The notes under the pieces: generated by a model
What the model saw: only the letters and a program-made list of their open reading frames with translations
Databases searched by the model: none
Told to the model about the DNA's origin: nothing
NCBI GenBank assembly: GCA_022729755.1
Contig: DZAZ01000002.1
Span: 1,926-65,925 of the forward strand
DNA: 64,000 nt
Origin: Helicobacter cetorum
GTDB lineage: Bacteria > Campylobacterota > Campylobacteria > Campylobacterales > BB28
Direction of reading: 5' to 3'
Shown here: positions 1 to 11,099 of the stretch, piece by piece
Layout of the letters: each line of letters opens with the position of its first letter
How positions within the stretch are numbered: position 1 is the stretch's first letter
Program-made: the position numbers and the translations under genes

Positions 1-410
1 AATTTTGGATAGATTTTAATAATTTTGATGAAAATAAAATTTATGGTTTAATTCAAAATGGCTTTGTAGCAGGAATTGTTATAAATAAAAATTCAAAACC
101 ATTGGCACTACTTAATGGTGATGAAAAGTGTAGTTATGCCGTTAGTATTGGTAAAAATTCAGCCCCTGGAATAATTAAGGGTGTTGCTGGTAAAAATAAA
201 ATTATCGCCGATTTTATCCCATCTTGGATTGAAGTTGAGGTTGGAGATGAAGTTGTTACAAGTGGACTTGATAATATCTTTTTTGGTGGAATTAAAGTCG
301 GTGTAGTTACTCAAATTGAGTATTCACAAGGCTATAAAGTCGCTACTATCAAGCCTTATGCAAATATTTTTAATCCATCATATTTTTATGTGGTAGATTT
401 AAAACACTAA
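1..410 (+). CDS. mreC: Rod shape-determining protein MreC, C-terminal part (5' end outside window)
   Basis: Frame 3 is open from the window edge to the stop at 408-410. The segment VVTSGLDNIFFGGIKVGVV resembles the MreC TSGxxGxFPxGxxVG signature. Confidence 0.55.
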   Translation, partial: FWIDFNNFDENKIYGLIQNGFVAGIVINKNSKPLALLNGDEKCSYAVSIGKNSAPGIIKGVAGKNKIIADFIPSWIEVEVGDEVVTSGLDNIFFGGIKVGVVTQIEYSQGYKVATIKPYANIFNPSYFYVVDLKH

Positions 411-411
411 T

Positions 412-873
412 CTACTTCTCATATAACTCTAAAAATTTTTCATAAATCTCTTTTGCCTTTGCAATAAGTTCTTTATCAGTTAAAATTCCTGAAGTTAACT
501 TTTGATATTTTTCTATCATAATTTCACAAATCATTTTAACTCTTATTTTATCTGGCTTAGTTATCTCATTTTGAGATGCAATTGCACTAACTTGAGCTAA
601 ATATTGGCTTCCTTCATTGATATAGTCAATAAATTTTAAAGAAATCTTACTTTGTGCCAAAATTGTAAAAGCTAATTTATTGTACTCATCCTCTTTTAGT
701 GCCTCTTTTGATAATATAAATGCTTGTTCAAAATCACCCATCGTATAATAAAACTTAGCCGAAAGTGCATTTTGATAAGATGGACTAATTAAAAAATAAA
801 TTCCCATAAAACCCATAATTGCTAACGATACCGTACTCATTATAACTCTTGAGACAGTTCTATTTGATAGCAT
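412..873 (-). CDS. Hypothetical membrane-anchored TPR-like protein
   Basis: 153-aa ORF with an N-terminal hydrophobic helix (VSLAIMGFMGIYFLI) followed by helical repeat-like sequence. It overlaps the stop of the upstream gene, which suggests an operon. Confidence 0.4.
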   Translation of the reverse strand: MLSNRTVSRVIMSTVSLAIMGFMGIYFLISPSYQNALSAKFYYTMGDFEQAFILSKEALKEDEYNKLAFTILAQSKISLKFIDYINEGSQYLAQVSAIASQNEITKPDKIRVKMICEIMIEKYQKLTSGILTDKELIAKAKEIYEKFLELYEK

Positions 874-1483
874 TTTCTAAAAGCCTCTCTTTTATGTATA
901 TTTTTGCCTCTTCATCGCTTAAATGTGCAATTGAAAAAGGCTCACTAGCAAAAAATTCAATTGTAGCAAATGGTTTTGGTACAACAAATTTATCCCAACT
1001 ATTAAATCGCCAATATTTATCAGCTTTGTAATTAAAAATAATTATTTTTGTATCATTTTTTTTTGCAATTGCTACAACTCCATTTGCAATTGAAAATCTC
1101 GGACCCTTTGGTCCATCTGGAGTTATTGCAATATCTTTAGCATCTTTTAATTTTTTAAATACATTAAAAAGTGCTTTTGTTCCACCTCTTTTGCTTGAGC
1201 CTCTAATTGATTTAAATCCAAAAAAACCTATTAATCTTGCGATTATTTCGCCATCGGAGTGTTCACTTATCATTGCATAAATATCTCTTTTATCTCTTAA
1301 TTTTTTATATAAAAACGGTTGCATTAAAAGTTCACCGTGCCAAAAAGTTACGATTAAAGGTTCATTTGATAAATTTTGTGGAATAAAAAACTTTTTTCTT
1401 GAAGTTAAGTAAATAAATTTTACTAAAATATAAGCTATAAAAGGAAGAAAAAAAACTAAAAGTTTATTTTTAAACTTCTTTAT
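860..1483 (-). CDS. DUF374 / lysophospholipid acyltransferase-like protein (start upstream of the first ATG)
   Basis: The track ORF 860..1324 starts at an internal Met. The same frame stays open upstream and encodes a TM helix plus the DUF374-typical FWHGELL motif. An AAGGAG Shine-Dalgarno lies 5 nt before an ATA codon at 1483-1481. Confidence 0.6.
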   Translation of the reverse strand: MKKFKNKLLVFFLPFIAYILVKFIYLTSRKKFFIPQNLSNEPLIVTFWHGELLMQPFLYKKLRDKRDIYAMISEHSDGEIIARLIGFFGFKSIRGSSKRGGTKALFNVFKKLKDAKDIAITPDGPKGPRFSIANGVVAIAKKNDTKIIIFNYKADKYWRFNSWDKFVVPKPFATIEFFASEPFSIAHLSDEEAKIYIKERLLENAIK

Positions 1484-1485
1484 TT

Positions 1486-2769
1486 TTACTCCTTTAGTGT
1501 CGCTTCTAGTGAGTGTCTGTGAGAGTTTGTAATTTTTACTTTTTGAATTTGACCAATTAAGCTTAAATTATCCGATTTAACTTTAATTAAGTAGTTATTA
1601 TCACTTCTGCCAATTAATTTTCCATCATCAAAATGTTCAAATAAAACTTCGTATTCATTTGCGACTTTTGAAGCATTTACCTCATCTATTAAAGTATCAT
1701 TTAAGTTTTGAAGATAAATTAATCTATTTTCTGCTACCTCTTTTGGAATTTGATTTTCAAACTCACTAGCCTTTGTATTTGGTCTTTTTGAGTAGATAAA
1801 ACTAAAAATTTGATTAAATTTAACTTGTTTCATAACATCAATTGTATCTAAAAAATCATTTTCATCCTCATTTGGAAAAGCCACGATAATATCGGTACTA
1901 ATTGCAACATCAGGTACTAACTTTCTAAGTTTTAAAGCTCTATCTAAAAACCACTCTTTAGTATAACCTCTTTTCATATCGCGAAGAATTTTGCTTGAGC
2001 CACTTTGAAGAGGCATATGCATAGATTTTGCAATTTTTTTATTTTGGCTAAATTCTATCAAAAATTCATCATCCATGTGCAATGGATGGGGAGAAGTAAA
2101 GCGAATTCGCTCAACTCCATTAACTTCACTAACTTTTTTTAATAATTTCGTAAAATTTACTTTATCTTTAAAATTTTTTCCATAACTATTTACATTTTGT
2201 CCTAAGAGTAAAATTTCCTTAGCACCACTATCAACAACTCTTTTAACTTCATCTAATATAATATTTAAAGGAATTGAAATCTCTTCGCCCCTAGTTGATG
2301 GGACAATGCAAAAAGTACACTGTTTATCACAGCCAATTGATATATTTATATTTGCTTTTAAGGAATTTGAGCGAAAATCTTTAAATGGATAAGTTGACTC
2401 ATCATAATTTATATCTATTTCAACAGATTTTGGTGAATTTATTACTTTTGAAATTTTAGAAACATTTCTAGCTCCAAGTACAAAATCTACAAATGGAGCT
2501 TTTTTTATTATCTCTTCTCCTAAGTGACTTGCAGTACAACCACAAACACCTATTTTTGCATCTTTTTTTTTGTTTTTATTAAAAGCTCCAAGTTCACTAA
2601 AGAGTTTATTTACGGGTTTTTCTCGCACACTACAAGTATTTATTATAATTAAATCAGCTTCTTTAAAGTTTTGTGTAGGAGAATATGAGTCGCTAAGTTC
2701 TGCTATGAGATGTTCGCTATCTCGAACATTCATAGCACAACCTAAAGTTTCAATGAAAACTTTTTTCAT
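1486..2769 (-). CDS. miaB: tRNA-2-methylthio-N6-dimethylallyladenosine synthase (radical SAM methylthiotransferase)
   Basis: N-terminal UPF0004 motif [12 protein letters not shown], radical-SAM CxxxCxxC (CDKQCTFC) and a C-terminal TRAM-like region. Length 427 aa. Confidence 0.85.
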   Translation of the reverse strand: MKKVFIETLGCAMNVRDSEHLIAELSDSYSPTQNFKEADLIIINTCSVREKPVNKLFSELGAFNKNKKKDAKIGVCGCTASHLGEEIIKKAPFVDFVLGARNVSKISKVINSPKSVEIDINYDESTYPFKDFRSNSLKANINISIGCDKQCTFCIVPSTRGEEISIPLNIILDEVKRVVDSGAKEILLLGQNVNSYGKNFKDKVNFTKLLKKVSEVNGVERIRFTSPHPLHMDDEFLIEFSQNKKIAKSMHMPLQSGSSKILRDMKRGYTKEWFLDRALKLRKLVPDVAISTDIIVAFPNEDENDFLDTIDVMKQVKFNQIFSFIYSKRPNTKASEFENQIPKEVAENRLIYLQNLNDTLIDEVNASKVANEYEVLFEHFDDGKLIGRSDNNYLIKVKSDNLSLIGQIQKVKITNSHRHSLEATLKE

Positions 2770-3008
2770 AAAATATGCACTTCATACATATAATTATCTT
2801 CATCAAGTCCATATTTTATATCTCTAAAATAGACACTATAGCCCAATTTTTCAAAATACTCTACAAATTCAATCATAGTTTTATGTGAATTTTCTCTATC
2901 AAAGTACAAAATTCTTTGACCAATTTTTTTAACATCTTCAACTATTTTTTCAATTTCAACTGTTTTTGGCTTATCGTTTAATTCTTTTCTTGCTATTTTT
3001 AGTTCCAT
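2766..3008 (-). CDS. Small hypothetical protein, translationally coupled to miaB
   Basis: 80-aa ORF whose stop overlaps the miaB start (ATGA). No recognisable motif. Confidence 0.35.
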   Translation of the reverse strand: MELKIARKELNDKPKTVEIEKIVEDVKKIGQRILYFDRENSHKTMIEFVEYFEKLGYSVYFRDIKYGLDEDNYMYEVHIL

Positions 3009-3158
3009 ATCAATTCCCTTAAACTCTTAATATTATTTAGCATAATAAACTTCTGATTATATCACTAGTTGGCTTAAAAACTTTTTTGCAAATATTAATC
3101 AATTATCAAGCACTTTTAAGTTAAAATTTTCGGTTAATAAATTTCAAAAGGAACTATT

Positions 3159-4274
3159 TTGGATAAAGTTGTAGATATTATCGATTCAATAGCCTACGAA
3201 AAAGATTTAAATGCTGAAGATGTAAAAAAAGTTTTAATTGAAGCAATTATTAAGACGGCTAAAAAGACTATTGGAGAAGAATTTGATTTTTCAGTGGATA
3301 TTGATAAAAAAAATAAAAGTTTAAAAATTTTTCAAAATATTTTAGTTATAAGTGATAGTGATAAAAAAGCAAAAGATATAAAAAATTATATAACAATAAA
3401 CAAAGCTAAAGAGATTGATGAAGATATTGAAATTGGCGATGAAATCGCTCACGAACTTACATTTGAAAATTTAGGTAGAAATGCAATAAATTTACTTTAT
3501 CACGAGCTTGAAACTAGAATTCAAAACTTAATTGGTATAAAATTATTTGATAAATATAAATCAAAAGTTAATAAACTCGTCACTGGAACAGTTGTAAGAA
3601 TTGATAATGATGAAAATACTTATATCGAAATAAACGAAGTTAGAGCAACTCTTCCAAGAAAAAATAGAATAAAAGGTGAGCAATTTAAAGTTGGAGATGT
3701 TGCAAAAGCTATCTTAAAATCAATAAATGTAGATAAAGATGGAATGGAAATTGAGCTTTCTCGTACAACTCCAAAACTATTAGAAGAGTTATTAAAACTT
3801 GAAGTTCCAGAAATAAAAGAGGGAAATATAATAGTTGAAAAATCTTCAAGAATACCAGGAATAAGAGCAAAAGTAGCACTAAGCTCAACAAATCCTAAAA
3901 TCGACCCTATTGGCTCAACTGTCGGAGTTAAAGGTGTTAGAATACATGCAGTAAGTAATATTTTAAAGGGCGAACATATCGATTGTGTGGAGTATTCTCC
4001 TAAAATTGAAATTTTTATAGCAAGAGCATTATCTCCCGCAATTGTTTCGGGTGTTAAAATGGATGGAGACAAAAAAGCAATTGTGACAATTTCAAAAGAC
4101 CAAAAGTCAAAAGCAATAGGTAAAAGTGGAGTAAATATTCGATTAGCTTCGATGATTACTGGAGTTCAGTTAGAGCTTAATGAAGTTGAAGGCTTAACTC
4201 CGAATAAAGATGACGGTGATAATAGCAATAAAAAAGCTGATTTAACCGACTTAATTTCACTATTTAAGGAATAA
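3159..4274 (+). CDS. nusA: Transcription termination/antitermination factor NusA
   Basis: TTG start. The N-terminal NusA domain, S1-like region (VTGTVVRIDN...) and two KH-like segments (GVKGVRIHAV, GKSGVNIRLAS) follow the NusA layout. Confidence 0.9.
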   Translation: MDKVVDIIDSIAYEKDLNAEDVKKVLIEAIIKTAKKTIGEEFDFSVDIDKKNKSLKIFQNILVISDSDKKAKDIKNYITINKAKEIDEDIEIGDEIAHELTFENLGRNAINLLYHELETRIQNLIGIKLFDKYKSKVNKLVTGTVVRIDNDENTYIEINEVRATLPRKNRIKGEQFKVGDVAKAILKSINVDKDGMEIELSRTTPKLLEELLKLEVPEIKEGNIIVEKSSRIPGIRAKVALSSTNPKIDPIGSTVGVKGVRIHAVSNILKGEHIDCVEYSPKIEIFIARALSPAIVSGVKMDGDKKAIVTISKDQKSKAIGKSGVNIRLASMITGVQLELNEVEGLTPNKDDGDNSNKKADLTDLISLFKE

Positions 4275-5229
4275 AATTAATACTCTTTAAATATCCCCTA
4301 ACTTTAGGTGGAATTTTTTTAATCCTACACTCTTCTTTAAACTTTTTTTCAAGTTTGATTTTATAATAAGGTGCAATGTAAATTTTATCTTCAGTATATG
4401 AAATAGCGATATTTCCCGAAATTACACAATCTTTTGTTTTTATTATTTCATCTCTTTGAGCTTTTGACATTAATAAACCTAACTTTTTTAATATTTTATC
4501 GATATTTCGGATATTTTTAATTTCATCATTTAAATTTTTAAGTATAAAAAACTCTTCTTGATTTAATAAAATACTATCTTCATTTAAAAGTTTTTCATCA
4601 ATTTCAAGATAATTAAAACTTTTTTTTATGCCACTTTCAAACTCTTTAATCAATTGATTTGCAAACTTATCTCTAAAATAATTTCTTTTATATTTTGTAT
4701 CAAAATTTGAAAAATCTATAAAATATTTTATATTTTTTTTATCTAAAAAATTTTTTAATTCATCTTTTGAAAACTCTAATAAAGGTCTTAAAATAGTGTA
4801 ATTTTCTTTTTTTACAATAGCTTTTAAACCCAAAAGTTCAACTAAACCAGCACCTTTACTTAATTGCATCAAAAACCATTCAAATTTATCATTTAATTGA
4901 TGTGCCATTAAAAGAGTTTGATAGCTATTTTGTTTAATTATCTCTTCAAAAAATTCATATCTAATTTTTCTTGCATTTGCTTCAAAGTTATTAAAATTAC
5001 AATTAACATCTTTTATAAAAATTTTTTTATTAAATTTTTGAGCTAACTCTCTCGCATAATTCAACTCATTAATAGCCTCTTTTCTTAGATTATAATTAAC
5101 TATTGCAATATCAAAATTTATGCTATTTTCAATTAACATAAAAAATAGAGCAGTTGAATCAAGCCCACTTGAAAATGCTAATAAATTTTTTTTGTTTTTT
5201 AAAAAATCGGTATAATTTTTGCTTAACAT
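4264..5229 (-). CDS. tilS: tRNA(Ile)-lysidine synthase
   Basis: PP-loop motif LAFSSGLDSTAL near the N-terminus. Size 321 aa. Convergent with nusA with an 11-nt overlap. Confidence 0.8.
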   Translation of the reverse strand: MLSKNYTDFLKNKKNLLAFSSGLDSTALFFMLIENSINFDIAIVNYNLRKEAINELNYARELAQKFNKKIFIKDVNCNFNNFEANARKIRYEFFEEIIKQNSYQTLLMAHQLNDKFEWFLMQLSKGAGLVELLGLKAIVKKENYTILRPLLEFSKDELKNFLDKKNIKYFIDFSNFDTKYKRNYFRDKFANQLIKEFESGIKKSFNYLEIDEKLLNEDSILLNQEEFFILKNLNDEIKNIRNIDKILKKLGLLMSKAQRDEIIKTKDCVISGNIAISYTEDKIYIAPYYKIKLEKKFKEECRIKKIPPKVRGYLKSINFIP

Positions 5230-5409
5230 CGCCTGAACCTAAATAATATTTTTTTAGATATAGTAGTTTAATTTTTATTAAAAAGTGTAATTTTTTGATA
5301 AAAATTATAAAAACTTATGAATATAGTCGGTATAATTCCAACTTTTAAGTAAGTTACATTTTAATTACAATTATGCTACAATATATCGCAAATTTTTAAA
5401 GGAGAGTTA

Positions 5410-6591
5410 ATGAAGTTAGTAAAGCTTAGTTTAGCAACAATTTTAGGTCTTGGAGTGGTTAGTACTTTAAGTGCAAATACACTTGCAGAGGCACTTTCAA
5501 GTGGAAAGACAGCTGGTAAGGCAACAATTTGGTATCAAACAAATGACAATGCTGATTTATTTGATCAAGCAAGTTCAATGGGAGATGCAGGTCTTGAGTT
5601 AGGTTATGTAACTGGAGATTATAATGGTTTAGGATTTGGTGTAACTGCTTATGCACTTGATTCTCTTAATTTACACGATAGTATAGTAAGTGCAACTCCA
5701 CACGGTGCATTAGGTGTTAATAATACTGATACTTGGCTTGGTGAAGCATATTTTACATATAAAATTGCTAACACTTCAGTTAAAGTTGGTAGACAAAATT
5801 TAGCTACTCCATTTGCAAATTCTGATACTTGGGCAGTTCATCCAAATAACTTTGAAGCTGTTGTAGTTATTAATACAGACTTACCTGATACGACTTTAAT
5901 CGGTGCATTTGTAAATAAAGAAAGAACAAGAACTTCTAGCACATTTGGTGATTTCTATACTGATGATGGTGCTTGGATGTTAGCAGCAATTTACAATGGT
6001 GTAAAAGATACTCCAATGAAAATTTTTGCATATGATGTTGTTGATGTTGCACAAGCAGTTTATGCTGATGTTTCTACAAATGTAAATGTTTTAGACGGCG
6101 TAACAGTGGCTGGACAATATTTATCAATGATGCCTGATGCAGCTGGTTTAGATGATACTCACGGTTTTGGTGCAAAAGCATCTACAAAAGTTTCTGGTGT
6201 TAATGTAACTGGAGCAATCTCTTATACAAGTGATGGTGCATTACCCGTTGCAAATGCTGGTGATAAAATGACTAAAACTCCAATTTTCACAACAACAATT
6301 ACAGCTGATGGTGATATCTCTTCTGCTCCTGATACAATGGGATATTTACTTTCTGGTGAAATGGAAGTTGCAAAAGATTTAACAACTACATTAACTTGGG
6401 GATTTTATGACCACGGCGAAAAATCATATGATGATGAGTCTTTAGCAGTTGAATTAGTTTCAATGTATAAAGGAATTCAAAATTTAGCACTATTTGGTGG
6501 TTATTTCTTTACTGACCAAGCAGCTGGTGTGTATTATGATAACACAGACGAAGTTCACGTTGTAAGACTTTGGGGAAGATATAGTTTCTAA
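5410..6591 (+). CDS. Outer-membrane porin (Campylobacter MOMP/OprD-like beta-barrel)
   Basis: Signal peptide (MKLVKLSLATILGLGVVSTLSA), alternating beta-strand pattern and a C-terminal aromatic residue (RYSF). GC and codon usage look like a highly expressed gene. Confidence 0.6.
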   Translation: MKLVKLSLATILGLGVVSTLSANTLAEALSSGKTAGKATIWYQTNDNADLFDQASSMGDAGLELGYVTGDYNGLGFGVTAYALDSLNLHDSIVSATPHGALGVNNTDTWLGEAYFTYKIANTSVKVGRQNLATPFANSDTWAVHPNNFEAVVVINTDLPDTTLIGAFVNKERTRTSSTFGDFYTDDGAWMLAAIYNGVKDTPMKIFAYDVVDVAQAVYADVSTNVNVLDGVTVAGQYLSMMPDAAGLDDTHGFGAKASTKVSGVNVTGAISYTSDGALPVANAGDKMTKTPIFTTTITADGDISSAPDTMGYLLSGEMEVAKDLTTTLTWGFYDHGEKSYDDESLAVELVSMYKGIQNLALFGGYFFTDQAAGVYYDNTDEVHVVRLWGRYSF

Positions 6592-6607
6592 GAAGAGTTC
6601 TTCTTAG
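6588..6607. terminator. Bidirectional hairpin between the convergent porin and rimO genes
   Basis: ctaagaaga-gt-tcttcttag is a 9-bp perfect palindrome (8-bp stem with a 4-nt loop once the closing pair opens). It spans both stop codons in a 12-nt intergenic gap. Confidence 0.4.
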
Positions 6608-7911
6608 TTCTCTATCCTACCTATTAATTTATCTTCCACTACTTCTGTTATCGTTGCTTTGTAAATTCTACCGTATTTTATATCTTCAACTTCACTATCA
6701 TTGATTAAAATTTCACCATCAATCTCTGGTGCCCAAGATAATTTTTTTGCACTTAATAAATATTCGTGTTCATCGCTTTCTCCATCAATCACAACTTCAA
6801 AAGTTTTACCAATTTCGCTTTGTAATTTCTCTTCATTTATCTCTTTTATTATTTGACTTAAAATATTAACTCGTCTTTCAATCTCTTTTGGTGAAATTTT
6901 CTCATCCATCTCATAAGCTAATGTTCCCTCTTCATCTGAATAAGCAAAGATATTCACTCTATCAAATTTAAACTCTCTTAAAAATTCACAAACTCTCTGA
7001 AAATCTTCTTCACTCTCTTTTGGATGTCCCACGATTATGCTCGTTCTAATAAAGCTATCTTTTACTTTTTTTATCTCATTTAAAAGCTCTTTTAATTTAA
7101 CCTCGCCCATTCCTCGCTTCATAATTTTCAGCATATTATCGCTGATATGCTGAATTGGAATATCAAAATAGTTGTGAAAAACTTTTGAGTTTTCAATCTT
7201 TTTAATCAAATCGCTCGAAGTTGTACTTGGATAAAGATATAAAATTCTAGCACTCTTTACTCCTTCAATATTTTCAACTTCATTAATTAATTTTATAAGT
7301 CCATCTTTTTCATCTTTATCTCTTAAATATGAACTACTATCTTGAGAAATAAAACTAAAATCATAAAACCCTTTACTTACAAGCTTTTTAACCTCGTTTA
7401 CAATACTCTCAAGACTTCTACTTTGAAGTTTTCCTCTAAAGTTTGGAATTGCACAAAAACTACATTTTTGATTGCAACCTTCAGCAATTTTAATATATGA
7501 GTGATAGTTTGAGCCAGTAATTATTCGCTCCTCATTGTCAATTAAAAAAACTTGCTCTGAAAAAAGCGATTTTTTCTCATTAATTAACTCATTAATCTTT
7601 TCATAATCCCCAACTCCAGTGAAAATATCAACTTCAATAAGCTCTTTTGCAAGTTCATTTTTATATCGCTCACTAAGGCATCCACTCATCACTAAAATTG
7701 CGCCATCTTTTCGCTCTTCGTGAAGATTAAAAATAGTGTTTAAACTCTCTTGCTTCGCACTCTCAATAAATCCACAAGTATTCACAATAATAACATCAGC
7801 TTCATTCACTTCATTTGTTAATTCATAATCACTTAATTTTGCAAGCATAACTTCACTATCAACTAAATTTTTAGTACAACCAAGTGATACTAAATGTAAC
7901 TTTTTACTCAT
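6604..7911 (-). CDS. rimO: Ribosomal protein S12 methylthiotransferase
   Basis: [13 protein letters not shown]-terminal motif, radical-SAM CNQKCSFC and a C-terminal TRAM region. Length 435 aa. Confidence 0.85.
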   Translation of the reverse strand: MSKKLHLVSLGCTKNLVDSEVMLAKLSDYELTNEVNEADVIIVNTCGFIESAKQESLNTIFNLHEERKDGAILVMSGCLSERYKNELAKELIEVDIFTGVGDYEKINELINEKKSLFSEQVFLIDNEERIITGSNYHSYIKIAEGCNQKCSFCAIPNFRGKLQSRSLESIVNEVKKLVSKGFYDFSFISQDSSSYLRDKDEKDGLIKLINEVENIEGVKSARILYLYPSTTSSDLIKKIENSKVFHNYFDIPIQHISDNMLKIMKRGMGEVKLKELLNEIKKVKDSFIRTSIIVGHPKESEEDFQRVCEFLREFKFDRVNIFAYSDEEGTLAYEMDEKISPKEIERRVNILSQIIKEINEEKLQSEIGKTFEVVIDGESDEHEYLLSAKKLSWAPEIDGEILINDSEVEDIKYGRIYKATITEVVEDKLIGRIEN

Positions 7912-8042
7912 TTAAACTTCTTCCTTTAATAAATTTTTAAAAAAGATTATATCTAAAAAAAAATTATTTTTTTAATGAAAATTGTATCGTTTAAGTGGTA
8001 TCATCATAACAAAAGAAGTTTATAAAAAATAGAGAAGAGTAG

Positions 8043-10232
8043 ATGAGTAATGGTATTAATGTAATAACTCAAAAGAGATTGGAAGGTAGTGCGGTTTCAA
8101 TATCTTTTACAGATAAATATATGGTGGCTATAGATAATGCTTATGATATCTATCTTTTTTATAAAGAGGATTATAAAGTTTACAAAAGTACAAAATTATC
8201 AAAAAGCCACGAAGCAGGACACAGATATACTAAAGCTTTTTCTGTATCTGCAAATGAGTACTTTTGCATTCCATTATTTGGTACTTCAACAGCTGCATTA
8301 ATTCACTTTGAAGATGGATTTAAGAAGATAAAAACCCTAAATTGGCATAGTGCTGATATTGAAGTTTCAAAATTTTCCGATAAATTTTCATATTTTGCAA
8401 CAGGTGGGGCTGATGGAAAAATACTTATTTATGATACTGAAAGTGGAAATTTAATCTTATCACTTCCAAATAAACCAGATTATATATCTTGCATCTCTTT
8501 TGGAAACCATTCCGAATTCATAGTAATTGGTGCATTTGATAATAGTATTAGCATTTTTGATATTTCAAGAAATGAGGCTATTGCTGATTTTTTATTAACT
8601 GATGTAGTTGAGGGGTGCGAATTTTTCGATAACGATAGAAAATTATTTATTATTACAAGAGATGGATATTCAATTATTTATAATACAGAAAAAAAGCAAA
8701 TAGAAACTAAAAATAAAAATTTTAAAGAGTGGCCAACTTCAATAGCCTTTACCCCAGATGAAAAATTTATTTTAATTGGCACAAGACAAAAAACATTATA
8801 TGTCTTAACGACTGAAAATAATGAAATAGTTTTAGATGTTAAATTAAGTGGCATTGGAGTAGCGAGTTTAAAATTTTATGAAAAAAATTTATTAATTGGC
8901 TATATTGATGGTTCAATAGATATAATTGATTATTATATTTATGAAAAAGAGTTTGAAGAGTATATAAGTAAAAGAGAGTTTAATAAGGCAAGGGAATTAT
9001 TACTACAAAATGTATTTTTAAGAACGCATCCATTAGTTGAAAAGTTTAACGAATCTTGGGAGCATGTCGTAATTTTAGCAATAGAGATGATGGGAAAAGG
9101 TTTAGGCGATGAAGCTTTAAAAATGGTTGAGCCATTTTTGGATGACCCAAATAAAAGTGAAGAGTTTAAATTTTATTTGGAGCATAAAAATCACATTATT
9201 ACTTTTATCAATTCAGTTAGAAATAAAGATTTACTTGTGGCTTATGATTTGGTTGAAGATAATAAATTTTTAGAAAAACTTGAAGGTTACAAAGAGTTAG
9301 AAGGGGATTGGACAAAAGCTTTTAATGCCGCAAAAAAATTACTTCAAGAAGACCCTGAACTTAATCGTGGTAAAGCTTTGCAAATTTTAAAAGCTTATAC
9401 TGCACTTCCTGCTAAAAAACGACAAATCAACTTTTTAGTTAATAATGCTAAAAAATTTGGAGAGGCTGACCAATCTGTAAAAATTAAAGATTTCAAAAAA
9501 TATTTTCAAATGACTGAAACTTATCCATTTTTAAAAGAAGTTGATTTATACGACAAAGTGGTAACTTTTGGAGAAGGACTTTTAGTTAATTTATCTGGTT
9601 TTGAGCAAAAGCAAGATTATAAAAATGCACTTGGAATTGCCGCAAAATTACAATATTTTACACCTTTTGCTGAAGTAGTTGCTTCAAAAGTAAGACTTAT
9701 AAAAGCAAAATTAAAGTTTATAGAATCAGTTTCAATGAACAATGAAAAGTATGCTTATGAGCAAGTTGAAAAAATTCCAGAATTAAAAATGCTCCCACAA
9801 TTTGAAGAGTTAGAACATAAATTTAAAGTTGTTTTAGATGCCGCAAATCACGAAGCATTTCAAGGTTATCCTCAAAAAGTTTTAGAGAAGTTTAAAAATT
9901 ATATGTTTATCGATTATTGGTCTAGTAAAATTGGCTCTGTTATGAAACTTGCTTATTTAAATGAGTTAAAAGATAATGCTAGAGATAAAAGTATTATTTG
10001 GAAAGATAGTTTAATTGAGTATGTTACAAGATTTTCAAAAGACCCAGAAATTCAACAACTTTGTAAACAATTTAATAAAAGTGATGAGCTTGATGCTGTT
10101 GCAATTCAAGGCGATACAATGGGATATAAAAAGTATGAGTATTTAAAAAGTATTATTCTTAGAAAAAAAGAAGAAGCAAAATCTGAAGTTGATAAAATCA
10201 AAGAGAATTTTGATGTGAGTAAATTAATTTAA
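8043..10232 (+). CDS. WD40-repeat protein with a long helical C-terminal region
   Basis: Repeated WD-like units (GGADGKILIYD, GAFDNSISIFD, GYIDGSIDIID) in the first ~300 aa, followed by ~430 aa of helical/TPR-like sequence. Confidence 0.55.
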   Translation: MSNGINVITQKRLEGSAVSISFTDKYMVAIDNAYDIYLFYKEDYKVYKSTKLSKSHEAGHRYTKAFSVSANEYFCIPLFGTSTAALIHFEDGFKKIKTLNWHSADIEVSKFSDKFSYFATGGADGKILIYDTESGNLILSLPNKPDYISCISFGNHSEFIVIGAFDNSISIFDISRNEAIADFLLTDVVEGCEFFDNDRKLFIITRDGYSIIYNTEKKQIETKNKNFKEWPTSIAFTPDEKFILIGTRQKTLYVLTTENNEIVLDVKLSGIGVASLKFYEKNLLIGYIDGSIDIIDYYIYEKEFEEYISKREFNKARELLLQNVFLRTHPLVEKFNESWEHVVILAIEMMGKGLGDEALKMVEPFLDDPNKSEEFKFYLEHKNHIITFINSVRNKDLLVAYDLVEDNKFLEKLEGYKELEGDWTKAFNAAKKLLQEDPELNRGKALQILKAYTALPAKKRQINFLVNNAKKFGEADQSVKIKDFKKYFQMTETYPFLKEVDLYDKVVTFGEGLLVNLSGFEQKQDYKNALGIAAKLQYFTPFAEVVASKVRLIKAKLKFIESVSMNNEKYAYEQVEKIPELKMLPQFEELEHKFKVVLDAANHEAFQGYPQKVLEKFKNYMFIDYWSSKIGSVMKLAYLNELKDNARDKSIIWKDSLIEYVTRFSKDPEIQQLCKQFNKSDELDAVAIQGDTMGYKKYEYLKSIILRKKEEAKSEVDKIKENFDVSKLI

Positions 10233-10397
10233 GTTGAAATTTTTTTCATAAGTAATTTTTTTTCAAAATCTATATAAAAATATAAGGTATCTCAAAAGAG
10301 ATTTATTTGTCAAATCTCTCATTATAATCATACCTTTCTACACAAATATTAAAGAGAACGGTTATTGCTTTATGAAACTAAAAAAGGTTTTGAAATT

Positions 10398-11092
10398 ATG
10401 GAATTGAGATTAAAAAAAGATTTAATCAATTGGTGAAAAGTGCAATAAGTGTAAAAGAGAGAGCTACAAATGGGCTTAAACTATTGATTAAAAATGTTGA
10501 ATTGTTTTCACAAGTTCAAGCAAGTTGGAGGTTTTTCAATAATAATAGTGTAACAGTAGAAGCACTTTTTGATAAAATATCAGAAAATTTGGAGACAGAG
10601 ATAGATACTCATTGCGATAAATATCTATTGGCAATGTCAGATTGGTCACATTTGGATTATAAAAAGCATACATCAAAAAAAGAGCTAATATCTAAAAACA
10701 AAAAAGATAACTGTAAACAATTAGGCTATGATTTGCAAACAACAATAGCAGTGAGCGATAAGAGTGGACAGCCCATAGCACCGATAGTACATAACTTAAA
10801 AACAAGTAAGAAAGTTTATTCAACTTATGATAATAATATATCAAAAGAAGCTACACACTTAGAAGAGTTGGCTTTGCGAACTAGGTGGATAAAGGAAAAT
10901 TTAAATATAAAAAAACAGATAGTTCATATTGTAGATAGAGAGGCAGATAGTATCGCATTTATGCGGGAATTAGATAAAAATAACGAGAAGTTTCTCTTAA
11001 GAGTAACTAATACAAATAAAATTCACTATTTAGAAAACAATGAAGATATAAAACAGATAGATTTAGCCGATAAATTGGGACTTGGCAAGTAA
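10398..11092 (+). pseudogene. IS4-family (Tn5/IS50-like) transposase, frameshifted near the N-terminus and truncated after about half its length
   Basis: SWRFFNNNSVTVEAL, LLAMSDWSHLDY and IVHIVDREADSIAFMRELDKNNEKFLLR align by eye with Tn5 Tnp AYRFIRNPNVSAEAI, LLAIEDTTSLSY and VIAVCDREADIHAYLQDRLAHNERFVVR. The ATG at 10398 encodes MELRLKKDLINW then a stop, and the homology continues in another frame (KSAISV...). The ORF ends at ~220 aa, where ~450-480 aa would be expected. Confidence 0.75.
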
Positions 11093-11099
11093 TAATATA

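Noticed and set aside
3620-4072. Long antisense ORFs inside well-supported genes (e.g. 3620..4072, 3709..3891, 24285..24728, 26179..26544, 39061..39357, 41280..41708, 51328..51654, 849..1031, 2570..2827, 63697..63912 and similar 60-150-aa entries in the track).
   Set aside because: Each lies fully within, and opposite to, a gene with strong family motifs. Their products are low-complexity Leu/Ile/Phe/Ser-rich strings typical of shadow frames in AT-rich DNA. None has a recognisable motif or plausible RBS context.
10297-10319. The hairpin agagattt-atttgtc-aaatctct downstream of the WD40 gene, as a terminator or the IS4 terminal inverted repeat. The nearby ctacacaaat loosely resembles the Tn5 end ATACACAA.
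   Set aside because: The stem is AT-rich and has no following T-run. The similarity to Tn5 ends covers only ~7 nt, and the right end of the IS is deleted, so no partner inverted repeat can confirm it.
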